From an uncultured Candidatus Rokubacteria bacterium (lineage in GTDB: Bacteria > Methylomirabilota > Methylomirabilia > Rokubacteriales > DASRDR01): a stretch of DNA of 64,000 nucleotides. Positions 46,518 to 55,472 of the stretch are shown here, piece by piece (positions within the stretch are counted from its first letter, which is position 1; every line of letters begins with the position of its first letter). The notes beneath the pieces were generated by a model that was given only the letters and a program-made list of their open reading frames with translations, did not search any database and was not told where the DNA came from. Where the stretch lies: assembly GCA_963826115.1 (NCBI GenBank), contig CAWGVS010000005.1, forward strand, positions 1,664,001 through 1,728,000, given 5' to 3'. Both the position numbers and the translations under genes were made by a program.

Positions 46518-47867
46518 ATGCGGATCATCGTCATCGGCGCGGGCGAGGTCGGCTACCACATCGCGGAGCGGCTGTCCCACGAGGCGCACGAGATCGTCGT
46601 CATCGAGCGTCAGCCGGACGTCGTGCGGCGGCTCGAGGAGACCCTGCGGGTCCGCGCCATCGAGGCGGACGGCTCGTCGCCCCGCGCGCTCGAGGCGGCC
46701 GGTGTCCGGGACGCCGCGATGGTGATCGCGGTGGCGGACGTCGACGAGGTCAACATCGTGGCCTGCGCCATCGCGCACCAGTACGGCGTCGCCACCAAGA
46801 TCGCGCGGGTCCGCGACATCGAGCTCGGCGAGCACCCCATCCTGCAGGGCGGCAAGGTGCTGGGGATCGACCTCCTGATCAACCCGACGCAGGTCGTGGC
46901 CGACGAGATCCTGCGCGTCATCAAGACGACCGGAGCGGCCGAGGTGGCCGACTTCGCCAACGGCCGCGTCCAGCTCCTGGGGGTCAAGGTCGGCGCCCGG
47001 GCGCCGCTCGCGAACCGCCGGCTCCGGGATCTCCGGTCGGTCCAGGCGTCCGCGCCCTTCCGCGTCGTCGGCATCGCGCGAGGCGAGCGGCTGATCGTGC
47101 CGACGGACGACACCGCGCTGGCGGCCGAGGACCACGTGTACGTCGTGAGCCGCCGGGACGTCATCCCCGACATCCTCGTCCTCATGGGTCGCACGGCGGC
47201 GACGACCAAGCAGGTGTTCGTCATCGGCGGGGGCCGCATCGGACTCGAGGTGGCGCGCGCGCTCGAGAACGACGAGATCACGGTGACGGTGCTCGAGCGG
47301 AACCGCGCCCGGTACGACGAGCTCACCCGTGAGCTGATGCACGCCCGGGTGGTCCACGGCGACGGCACCGACGTGAAGCTCCTAGTGGACGAGGACATCG
47401 GCTCGGCCGACGCGATCGCGACGCTCACCGACGACGACCCCACGAACCTCCTGGCGGGGCTTCTCGGCAAGCGCCACGGCGCCAAGAAGGCCGTCGCCCT
47501 GTTCAAGCGGCAGGACCTCATCCCGCTCGTCGGGTCGCTCGGGATCGACGCGGCGATCAGCCCGCGGCTCCTCACGGCCAGCGTGATCCTGAAGTACGTG
47601 CGGGGCGGGCGGGTCGTCTCGGTGTTCGAGCTGCCGGAGAGCGAGGCGGAGACGCTGGAGGTGGTGGTGCAGCAGGGGACGCCGGCCGCGGACCGGTCGA
47701 TCGAGGCGCTGGAGCTCCCCGCCGAGGCCGCCCTGGTCGGCGCGGTAGTCCGCGGCGATCAGATGCTGACGCCGGACCCCGACCGCGTCCTGGCGGTGGG
47801 CGACCACGTCATCCTGCTCGCCCTGCCCCGCGCCCTCCCGACCGTGGAGCGCCTCTTCGGACTGTAG
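46518..47867 (+). CDS. trkA: Trk K+ uptake NAD-binding subunit
   Basis: Two RCK units: IGAGEVG and IGGGRIG; GDGTD, ISPR. Confidence 0.93.
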   Translation: MRIIVIGAGEVGYHIAERLSHEAHEIVVIERQPDVVRRLEETLRVRAIEADGSSPRALEAAGVRDAAMVIAVADVDEVNIVACAIAHQYGVATKIARVRDIELGEHPILQGGKVLGIDLLINPTQVVADEILRVIKTTGAAEVADFANGRVQLLGVKVGARAPLANRRLRDLRSVQASAPFRVVGIARGERLIVPTDDTALAAEDHVYVVSRRDVIPDILVLMGRTAATTKQVFVIGGGRIGLEVARALENDEITVTVLERNRARYDELTRELMHARVVHGDGTDVKLLVDEDIGSADAIATLTDDDPTNLLAGLLGKRHGAKKAVALFKRQDLIPLVGSLGIDAAISPRLLTASVILKYVRGGRVVSVFELPESEAETLEVVVQQGTPAADRSIEALELPAEAALVGAVVRGDQMLTPDPDRVLAVGDHVILLALPRALPTVERLFGL

Positions 47868-47885
47868 GGGCCGCTCGGCCCCCCG

Positions 47886-48077
47886 CTACGCCGGGCGCTC
47901 TTCCTCGGGCGGCGGCGCCTGGTCGGGCCCGCCCACCATCGAGTCCCAGTCGATCGGCGGACCGCCGCCCGAGTCGTCCTTCCCGCCCTCGCGCTTCCTC
48001 TCGGCCTTCGCGTCGCGCTTGGCCTTGCGGGCCTGTTCCTTCCGCCATTTCTCGCCGCTATAGGACCGTCGCCCCAT
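47886..48077 (-). CDS. Small charged hypothetical protein (63 aa)
   Basis: GGAGG RBS; basic helix followed by an acidic/Pro tail with IDW. Confidence 0.65.
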   Translation of the reverse strand: MGRRSYSGEKWRKEQARKAKRDAKAERKREGGKDDSGGGPPIDWDSMVGGPDQAPPPEEERPA

Positions 48078-48164
48078 GCCCCCCTCCGCGCCGACGCGTT
48101 GAGATGCCAAGGCCCTCCCGGATGCCCGGAAGGGCCACTCTGCCCCCGTCCTGCTCGCGCACGC

Positions 48165-49691
48165 TCAGAGTACGGGACCGATGATCCAGGGCGCGAACTC
48201 CTCCTCCCCGATCCCCTGAGCCTCGCTCTTCGTCTTCTTCCCGGACGCGACGGCCACCACTTCCTCGAACACCTGACGTCCCACGGCCTCGAGCGGCGTG
48301 CCCTCGAGGATGACGCCGCAGTTGATGTCCATGTCCTCCTCCATCTGCCGGTACACCAGCGAGTTGGTCGCCAGCTTGATGGAGGGCACCGGCCGGCAGC
48401 CGAACACCGAGCCGCGACCGGTGGTGAACACAACGATGTTGGCGCCGCCGGCGACGAGGCCCGTGACCGACACGGGGTCGTGGCCCGGCGTGTCCATGAA
48501 GACGAACCCTCGCGTCGTGATCGGCTCCCCGTAGAGGAATACGTCGTTGAGCGGCGTGGTCCCGCCCTTGGTGACGCCCCCGAGGGACTTCTCGAACACG
48601 GTGGTGAGGCCGCCCGCCTTGTTCCCCGGCGCCGGGTTGTTGTCCATCTCGGCCCCGAGCACGCGGCAGTAGTACTCCCACCACTTGAAGCGGTCGATCA
48701 GCTTCTTGGCGACGCCCTCGTTCACCGAGCGCCGGACGAGGAGGTGCTCCGCGCCGTAGATCTCCGAGGTCTCCGCGAGAACGCCGGTGCCGCCGTAGCG
48801 CACCAGCTCGTCCACCGCCCAGCCGAGCGCGGGGTTGGCCGTGATACCGGAGTTCCCGTCAGACCCGCCGCAGTTCGTGGCCAGGATGAGCTCCGAGAGG
48901 GGCTGCGGCGTCCGCCGGGCCTCGTTGGCGATCGGGAGGATGTCCTGGACCGCCTTGATCCCGGCCTCCACCGTCTTGCGCACGCCCCCCGACTCCTGGA
49001 TCGAGATGACGCGGGGCCGCCCGAGCTTCTGGCGCTCGATGAAGGGCACCGTCTGGTTGACCTCGCATCCGAGCCCGATCAGGACGTAGGCCCCCACGTT
49101 CGGGTGGCGGGCGTAGCCGCCGAGCACCCGCATCAGCGCCTCGTGGTCCTCGCCGAAGAGCTTCGTCCCGCACCCGGACTTGTGCGTGATCGCGATGACC
49201 CCGTCGATATGGGGAAAGTTGCGCTGGACCTCCCGGAAGCGCTCGCGGATGAACTGACACACGCTCGCCGAGCAGTTGACCGTGGAGATGACGGCGACGT
49301 AGTTGCGCGTCCCCACCCGCCCGTCGGCGCGCTTGAACCCGTCGAAGTAGCGCATCTCCGACTGCGGGTAGTAGTCGACCGGGCGGACGTCCACGCCGAC
49401 CTCGTACGCGCGCTGGTACTCACCGACCGCGAGGTTGTGCGTGTGGACGTGCTCGCCCCGCGCGATCGGCTGCGTGGCGAAGCCGATGACCTGGCCGTAG
49501 CGCCGGACCGCCTCGCCCTTCCCGCGGTCGCGCCGGGCGATCTTGTGGCCGGGCCGGATGTCGCACTGGAGCTCGATGCGCTCGCCGCCGTGCTCGATGA
49601 CCGTCCCCGTCGGAATGGGCGCCTTGGCGATGATGACGTCGTCCTCGGGGTGCAGGATCAGCGCTTTCGCTCGGAGGTCGAACGTCGCCAT
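48165..49691 (-). CDS. uxaA: UxaA family altronate/galactarate dehydratase (SAF + catalytic domain)
   Basis: GHKIA, RYGQVIG, HTHN, GTRNY, CGGSD, GGLTTVFEKSLG, FTTGRGS. Confidence 0.9.
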   Translation of the reverse strand: MATFDLRAKALILHPEDDVIIAKAPIPTGTVIEHGGERIELQCDIRPGHKIARRDRGKGEAVRRYGQVIGFATQPIARGEHVHTHNLAVGEYQRAYEVGVDVRPVDYYPQSEMRYFDGFKRADGRVGTRNYVAVISTVNCSASVCQFIRERFREVQRNFPHIDGVIAITHKSGCGTKLFGEDHEALMRVLGGYARHPNVGAYVLIGLGCEVNQTVPFIERQKLGRPRVISIQESGGVRKTVEAGIKAVQDILPIANEARRTPQPLSELILATNCGGSDGNSGITANPALGWAVDELVRYGGTGVLAETSEIYGAEHLLVRRSVNEGVAKKLIDRFKWWEYYCRVLGAEMDNNPAPGNKAGGLTTVFEKSLGGVTKGGTTPLNDVFLYGEPITTRGFVFMDTPGHDPVSVTGLVAGGANIVVFTTGRGSVFGCRPVPSIKLATNSLVYRQMEEDMDINCGVILEGTPLEAVGRQVFEEVVAVASGKKTKSEAQGIGEEEFAPWIIGPVL

Positions 49692-49840
49692 GGCCCGGGG
49701 CTCCTCTCGGTCGTGGGGCGATCCACCCTCGCCGGCTTGCACGGCGGAAACCGCCCTCTGGCCCTTATACCATACACGGGCCGAGCTGGGCCGCCCCCGG
49801 CGCTTCCGGGGCCTTCCGCGCTACGGTAACATCTCGTTGA

Positions 49841-51322
49841 ATGCGCAGCCGGCGTCTCGCGCTCGTCGCCGTCCTGGCGCTCCTCGCGTATCCGGCCGGG
49901 CCCGCTCCCGCGCAGCTCGCGCCGCGGCCCGCCGAGCCCTCCGGCCCCACCCTGCGCATGGGCGCGCTGCTCCCGCTGACCGGCCCCGGCGCCTGGTTCG
50001 GCGCGGAGATCAAGCAAGGGCTCGAGCTCGCCGCGGCGGAGCTCGGCCCGGCACCGCGCCGCCCTCCGCCGGCGGGCGACGGCACGACGCCCGAAGCGGC
50101 CGCTCCCGGAGCCGCGGGTGGGAATCCCGGTGCCGGCGCGACGGCACCACCCGCATCGACGACCGCTCCGGCGAAGCCCGACGCCGGCGTGACGACGCCA
50201 CCGGCCTCGGCGACCGGCCCCGCGGCCGACGCGGCCGCGCCCGCGTCGGCCGCCCCGTCCGGCGACTCCCCGGCCGCCACCACGGAGACCAAGCCGAGCC
50301 CGAAAGCCCCCGCGGCCGAGTCCGTCGAGCCGGCGGATCGGCCCCGCACGGTCGCGCTCGCCGTCCAGGCGCAGGACGTCCAGCCCCTCGACGTCCGGGA
50401 CGCCGAGGCCGAGCTGGCCAAGCTCCTGGGCACGGGCGTCAGCGCCGTGGTCACGGCGTCCCCCACCCCGACGCTTGCGGCCTACCCGCTGGCGTCGGCG
50501 CGGGACGTGCTCGTGCTCCACGCCGGGCTCGCGAACGAGCGGTTCCCGGCCACGAGCCGGACGCTGTTCCAGCTGCGGCCCTCGCCCGGCGCCCGCGCCG
50601 AGCTCCTGGGGGCGTATGCGTGGGAACGCGGACTCCGTCGCCTCGCGGTGCTCACGGGTGGCGATCCCGCCGGTCGCGCGATGCGCGCCGCGGTCGCCGC
50701 CCGGTGGCGGCAGCTGGGCGGCCACCTCACCCACGAGGAGAGCCTGTCGCTGGACGCTTCGGACCTGCGGTCGCGCCTCCGCGCGGTCTCCCGCCTCGGG
50801 CCCGACGCCGTGCTGCTGGGCTTCCAGGGCGTGGCGCTCGGCGAGGCGGCTCGCGCGCTCCGCGACGCCGGGTACGGGGGGCAGATCCTGGCCGCAGACG
50901 ACGACCGGGCCGCGCGCCTGGCCGGGGGCCGCGCGCTCGACGGCGCGCTCCTGCTGAGCGACGCCTTCGTGCCCGTGCCGGGCACGCGCGGGGCTCGATT
51001 CGCCCGGGCCTACGAAGCGAAGCACGGAAGCCCACCCTCTCGCTTCGCGGCCGTCGCGTACGAGACCGCCGTCCTCTTCGTCGACGCCGCCCAGAAGTCG
51101 CTGGGCGGCGGGCGCGGCATGGGCGGCACGCGTCTCCGCGACGTCCTCGTCACCGGGCGGCGCTTCCCCTCGCTCTTCGCGGGCGACGTCACGGTCCGCG
51201 ACGATGGGACCATCGCGCGCCCGCTGGCCCTGTTCCGCGTCGACGGCGACGCCCAGGTCTTCGTGGGGTACGTCGACCTCGACGGCCGTCTCATCGCGGC
51301 CCCCGCGGCGAGCACCCCGTGA
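49841..51322 (+). CDS. LivJ-type ABC substrate-binding protein with a Pro/Ala/Thr-rich insertion
   Basis: Signal peptide; GALLPLTGPGAWFG..GLELA, DLRSRL..PD, F..AYEAKHG..P, AYET. Confidence 0.78.
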   Translation: MRSRRLALVAVLALLAYPAGPAPAQLAPRPAEPSGPTLRMGALLPLTGPGAWFGAEIKQGLELAAAELGPAPRRPPPAGDGTTPEAAAPGAAGGNPGAGATAPPASTTAPAKPDAGVTTPPASATGPAADAAAPASAAPSGDSPAATTETKPSPKAPAAESVEPADRPRTVALAVQAQDVQPLDVRDAEAELAKLLGTGVSAVVTASPTPTLAAYPLASARDVLVLHAGLANERFPATSRTLFQLRPSPGARAELLGAYAWERGLRRLAVLTGGDPAGRAMRAAVAARWRQLGGHLTHEESLSLDASDLRSRLRAVSRLGPDAVLLGFQGVALGEAARALRDAGYGGQILAADDDRAARLAGGRALDGALLLSDAFVPVPGTRGARFARAYEAKHGSPPSRFAAVAYETAVLFVDAAQKSLGGGRGMGGTRLRDVLVTGRRFPSLFAGDVTVRDDGTIARPLALFRVDGDAQVFVGYVDLDGRLIAAPAASTP

Positions 51323-52491
51323 CGTTCCGCGACGGCGGCCTCGACCTCTCACCGGAGGAGCGGGCGCTGCGGGCCGAGGTGGCGCGGGTCGGCGCCGAGA
51401 CGCTCCGCCCGATCGCCGAGGCGTGGGGCGAGCGCGACGAGCTCAACTGGGAGCTCGCGCGAGCGCTCGGCCGAGAGGGCCTGTTTCCGCGCCTGGTACC
51501 GGCCGCCTACGGAGGCAGCCTCGACGGGCCGTTCCGATCGGTCACGCTGTGCCTGATCCGCGAGGAGCTCGCGCGAACCTGCGCGGCCGCTGAGGAGCTG
51601 TTCGCGATCCAGGGGCTCGGAAGCTATCCGATCCTCCTCGCCGGCACGGAGGCCCAGAGGGAGCGCTGGCTCCCCGCGCTCGCGCGGGGCGAGACGGTGC
51701 CGGCGTTCGCCCTGACCGAGCCCGACGCGGGCTCGGACGCCGCGGCGCTCCAGACGCGCGCCGAGCTCCGCGACGGCCAGTGGGTGCTCGCGGGAGCGAA
51801 GCGGTTCATCTCCAACGCGCCCGAGGCGAGCCTCTACGTGGTGTTCGCCCGCACCGGCTCGGCGCCGGGGCCCACGGGCCTCTCCGCCTTCGTCGTCCCG
51901 AAGGGCGCGCCCGGCCTGTCGGGAACACCCATGCACACGCTCGCGCCCCACGTCATCGGGGAGCTCGTCTTCGACGACTGCCGCATCCCCGCGGACCACC
52001 GCCTCGGGGCCGAGGGCGACGGCTGGCGGATCGCGATGGGCACGCTCGATGTCTTCCGCGCGTCGGTGGGCGCCCAGGCGGTGGGGCTCGGGCAGGCCGC
52101 CCTCGACCTCGCGCTCGCCCACGCCCGGCGCCGGACGCAGTTCGGCCAGCCGATCGCCCAGTTCCAGGCGATCCAGGCGAAGCTCGCCGACATGGCCACC
52201 GAGCTCCGGGCCGCGCGGCTCCTCGTCTACTCGGCGGCGCGCCTCCGGGACTCGGGGGCGGCGCGCGTGACCCTCGAGTCCGCGATGGCCAAGCTGTTCG
52301 CTACCGAGGCCGCCCAGCGCGCGGTCGATCACGCGGTGCAGATCCACGGGGGCGCGGGCCTGCTTCGAGGCTCTCCGATCGAGCGCCTCTACCGGGAGGT
52401 GCGGGCCCCCCGGATCTACGAGGGCACCTCGGAGATCCAGCGCCTCATCATCGCGCGCCAGCTCCTGCGCGAGGACGAGGGCGCCGGCTGA
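51319..52491 (+). CDS. Acyl-CoA dehydrogenase
   Basis: FALTEPDAGSD, GAKRFISN, QFGQPI, QIHGG, RIYEGTSEIQR; GTGA overlap. Confidence 0.93.
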   Translation: MTFRDGGLDLSPEERALRAEVARVGAETLRPIAEAWGERDELNWELARALGREGLFPRLVPAAYGGSLDGPFRSVTLCLIREELARTCAAAEELFAIQGLGSYPILLAGTEAQRERWLPALARGETVPAFALTEPDAGSDAAALQTRAELRDGQWVLAGAKRFISNAPEASLYVVFARTGSAPGPTGLSAFVVPKGAPGLSGTPMHTLAPHVIGELVFDDCRIPADHRLGAEGDGWRIAMGTLDVFRASVGAQAVGLGQAALDLALAHARRRTQFGQPIAQFQAIQAKLADMATELRAARLLVYSAARLRDSGAARVTLESAMAKLFATEAAQRAVDHAVQIHGGAGLLRGSPIERLYREVRAPRIYEGTSEIQRLIIARQLLREDEGAG

Positions 52492-52494
52492 CCG

Positions 52495-52995
52495 TCAGCG
52501 CCGCGCCGCGGCCGGGATCGGGGGCAGGACGAGCATCCGGTCCTCGACGCGCCCGTCCGGATGGTACCGGAGCAGCTCCTGGCGGACGATCCGCACCGCG
52601 ATGTCGCGGAGATCCGGGTACTCAACCTCGCCGCGCACCTCCACCGTCGGCGCCGATCGACCCGTCAGGGGCATCTCGGCCAGCGTGGTGATCACCGTGC
52701 CCCTGAGGCGCGGCTCTCGCATGAGCGCGTCGGCGATCTGCCCTTCGATCACGATCGCCTGAGCGCGACGCTTCCGGCGGAGATCGATCGCCGCGACCGC
52801 CACGATGAGCGCGCCCAGGATCGCCAGCCCGACGATGATCGCCGGGACCGCGAGGCCCCCGCCGTCGGCCGCGGGGAACGGCGTCGCTCCAGGACCTGGC
52901 GTCGGCAGCCCCTGCGCGAGCGCGGCCGCCCGGGTCGCCATCTCGACGATCCCGACGGACGCGAGCGTCGACAGGAATCCGAATCGTCGATTCAT
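52495..52995 (-). CDS. Hypothetical membrane-anchored protein with BON-like C-terminal domain
   Basis: AAGGAGG RBS; TM helix followed by RRKRR; IADALMREPRL..VEVRGEV. Confidence 0.65.
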   Translation of the reverse strand: MNRRFGFLSTLASVGIVEMATRAAALAQGLPTPGPGATPFPAADGGGLAVPAIIVGLAILGALIVAVAAIDLRRKRRAQAIVIEGQIADALMREPRLRGTVITTLAEMPLTGRSAPTVEVRGEVEYPDLRDIAVRIVRQELLRYHPDGRVEDRMLVLPPIPAAARR

Positions 52996-53119
52996 CGCCG
53001 GCCTCCTTCGCGGGCCCGCCCCGGCTCGCGGGTGCCGTGCCCGCCACCTCTCTTCCGGTCGGGGCTCTCCGGGCCTCCGCTTCGCACGGGCGGCCCGGAG
53101 AGCGCGATCGGAGTTGTCC

Positions 53120-53428
53120 CTAGGACTTGACCTCGAGCTTCCGAACGGTCTTCGTCTGGCCGGACTCGACGTACGCGATCATCACCGTCGAGCCGGGTTT
53201 GAGCGTCGTCCACTCGACCGCGACCCCCGGGGGCACGGTGAGCGTGGTGCCATCTTCCAGCGTGACCTGCTTCTTCGCCTGATCGACGGCCTTCACCTTG
53301 CCCTCCATCATCTTCTCGGGCATGGCGGGGGCCGCGGGGGCTTGCGCGGGGGCCTGCTGGGCGGAAACGACACCGACCCAGCCGACGAGCGCAACGATCA
53401 GCAGCGCGGACATCCAGCGGAGCTTCAT
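53120..53428 (-). CDS. Small exported OB-fold protein (DUF1344-like)
   Basis: Signal peptide; EGKVKAVD....VTLEDGT.L, LKPG..V.IAY; AGGAGG RBS. Confidence 0.8.
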   Translation of the reverse strand: MKLRWMSALLIVALVGWVGVVSAQQAPAQAPAAPAMPEKMMEGKVKAVDQAKKQVTLEDGTTLTVPPGVAVEWTTLKPGSTVMIAYVESGQTKTVRKLEVKS

Positions 53429-53517
53429 GTACGAACCTCCTGTGCGACAACGAGTCGCCTTTGCACCTGGCTGACGCAGTCGACGTCAGCGCGACGCAAA
53501 CGGCCGATGAGTGGAGG

Positions 53518-53533
53518 AGCAACGTCAGTGCCA
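53518..53533 (-). promoter_or_regulatory. Sigma54 (-24/-12) promoter
   Basis: TGGCAC-TGACG-TTGCT consensus on the minus strand. Confidence 0.8.
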
Positions 53534-53721
53534 TGCGCGCGAGTGCGGAGGAAGTCCGCTATCGGCGCCGCGGGTGTCGCGTCTCGTGACAGGATCGCGG
53601 CCCGGAATGCCCGACCGGCTCGCTCGCGGAGAGGCGAATCGCGCCACGCCGCAGGAATGCGCGTGAAATAACTACAACGAGCGTAGAAGCTACCGGGGCG
53701 CGCGAGGACGGAGCTGCGGGA

Positions 53722-54678
53722 CTACGGTCGGGAGGCGGGCGAGAGCGCCATCCCGTGCGGACCCTTGCCGACGGCGATCCGCTTGATCTCCCGGTGGTCC
53801 CCGAGCCCGATCACCGTCACGACGTTGGCGTGGCGGTTCGACACGTAGGCCTTCGTCCCGTCGTGGGCCATCACCACCAGGTCCGGGTAGCCCGGCTGGG
53901 GGATCTCGGTGACGACCTCGAGGTCCTCGGTGCGCAGCACCGCGATCCGATTCGCCTTGCGGAGCGTCACGTAGAGGAACCGCCCGTCGGGCGTGAGCAC
54001 GGCGTCGTGGTTGACGCCCTTCACCTTCCCGGTGGCGACGATCTTGTGGGTGCGCGCGTCGATCTTCGAGACGGTGCGGTCCTCGCCGTTCGCCGCGTAC
54101 ACGTACTGGCCGTCGGCCGAGAGCGCGAGCCCCATGGCGTCTCCGCTCGACGGCAGCACCTCGAGGATCTTGCGCTGCGGCACGTCGACGACGGTGACGT
54201 TCCCGGCCGTCTCGCTGGTCACCCAGAAGAGCTTCCCGTCCTTCGAGAAGATCCCGTGAGCGGGCCACGTGCTGACCTCGATCTCGCCGTCGAGCGCACC
54301 CTTCTGGATGTCGTAGATGAGGAGCTTGGACACGTCGCCCCAGTCGAGCACCCAGCAGTACCGGCCGTCGGGGGTGAACGTGAGGTTGTACGGCCACTCC
54401 CCGATCTTCACCTTCCGGAGGACCTTGCGCGCCGCGACGTCGACGATGCTGATCACCCGGCTCTTGTCGTGGATCGCCCAGGCCTGCGCCCCGTCGGGCG
54501 TCAGGACGAGCCGGTTCGGCACGCCACCCCCGAGGGGAATCGTCGCCACGACCTCGTTCTTCACCGTGTCGATGACGGAGACGGTGCCGGAGTGCGTGTT
54601 GGAGACGTACAGCTCGTCCGCGCGCGCGTCGACGGTCCACGCGGCCAGCGCGAGCAGGGCGGCCACGGCGACTCGCAT
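53722..54678 (-). CDS. Exported YVTN/YncE-type beta-propeller protein
   Basis: Signal peptide; repeated YVSN/TPDG/VSVID blades. Confidence 0.88.
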   Translation of the reverse strand: MRVAVAALLALAAWTVDARADELYVSNTHSGTVSVIDTVKNEVVATIPLGGGVPNRLVLTPDGAQAWAIHDKSRVISIVDVAARKVLRKVKIGEWPYNLTFTPDGRYCWVLDWGDVSKLLIYDIQKGALDGEIEVSTWPAHGIFSKDGKLFWVTSETAGNVTVVDVPQRKILEVLPSSGDAMGLALSADGQYVYAANGEDRTVSKIDARTHKIVATGKVKGVNHDAVLTPDGRFLYVTLRKANRIAVLRTEDLEVVTEIPQPGYPDLVVMAHDGTKAYVSNRHANVVTVIGLGDHREIKRIAVGKGPHGMALSPASRP

Positions 54679-54766
54679 CACGGGGCGCTCGCTCCTCGGT
54701 GAAATGGGCTTCGTGCGAGGGCGAGTATAGCATTCGGGCCCCCGCGACCCCGCACCCGGCGGAGCG

Positions 54767-55375
54767 CTAGGGAACCAGGACGTCTTCCCCCCAGCCGCCT
54801 GCCCCGCGGACGAACAGCCGGCGGTCGTGGAGCCGGTCCGGGGAGCCCCGCCACTGCTCGATCCGCTCGGGGACGACGTACACGCCCCGGAGAAACTCAG
54901 GCCGGGGCACCGCCTCGGGAGTCGGGTAGCGCTGGCGCAGGGCGTCGATCCCCTCCAGGAACCGCGCCCGCGATCCGACCGGGGTCGACTGGCCCGCATA
55001 GGTTGCGTAGTAAACGTCCAGGAGGCGCGACGCGTGGACCTTCTGGTTCCAGTAGGTGTCGACGAGGGCCTCGGGCATGGGCTGGATGGCCCCGCGCACG
55101 CGATACTGGCGGCGGATCGTCAGCCACAGCAGGAGGATCTCGGCGTGCCCGGAGGCAAGCGGCTCCCACTTCGGGCTGGTCTGGCTGATCAGGAGCCCGA
55201 TCCCCTGAGGCCCGACGTCGCGGAGAACGATCGGGCGCACGCCCGGGGCGCGGGCGTCGCGTCCGGGACCGGAGGTCCCAAGGACGCAGAGGTCCACCAT
55301 CGGGTCGCCGGCCGCCCGGGCACGCTCCCGATCCTCGACCACGAGCGCGACGGGATCGACGGGCGGGGCGGTCAC
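54767..55375 (-). CDS. Pyridoxamine 5'-phosphate oxidase family FMN-binding protein
   Basis: RPIVLR, SPKW, RQYRVRG, QS.PV.SR, PERIEQW...DRLHDR. Confidence 0.78.
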   Translation of the reverse strand: MTAPPVDPVALVVEDRERARAAGDPMVDLCVLGTSGPGRDARAPGVRPIVLRDVGPQGIGLLISQTSPKWEPLASGHAEILLLWLTIRRQYRVRGAIQPMPEALVDTYWNQKVHASRLLDVYYATYAGQSTPVGSRARFLEGIDALRQRYPTPEAVPRPEFLRGVYVVPERIEQWRGSPDRLHDRRLFVRGAGGWGEDVLVP

Positions 55376-55472
55376 GAGTCGGCATTGTATCAGCACGGCC
55401 CCCGCGCGGGCCCCCGAGGCCACGAAGTGGCGGAGGCTTCCACGTTCTGATAGGGTCTCGGACGAGAAGCAT

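Noticed and set aside
49543-52491. Apparent 982-aa acyl-CoA dehydrogenase fusion (likewise 23642..26122, 30744..32528, 3935..6025)
   Set aside because: The N-terminal extensions are shadow frames over neighbouring genes; real starts have an RBS or a stop/start overlap further downstream.
53455-53468. GC-AAAGGC-GA on the minus strand resembling an ANTAR loop
   Set aside because: Only one closing base pair and no overlapping terminator.
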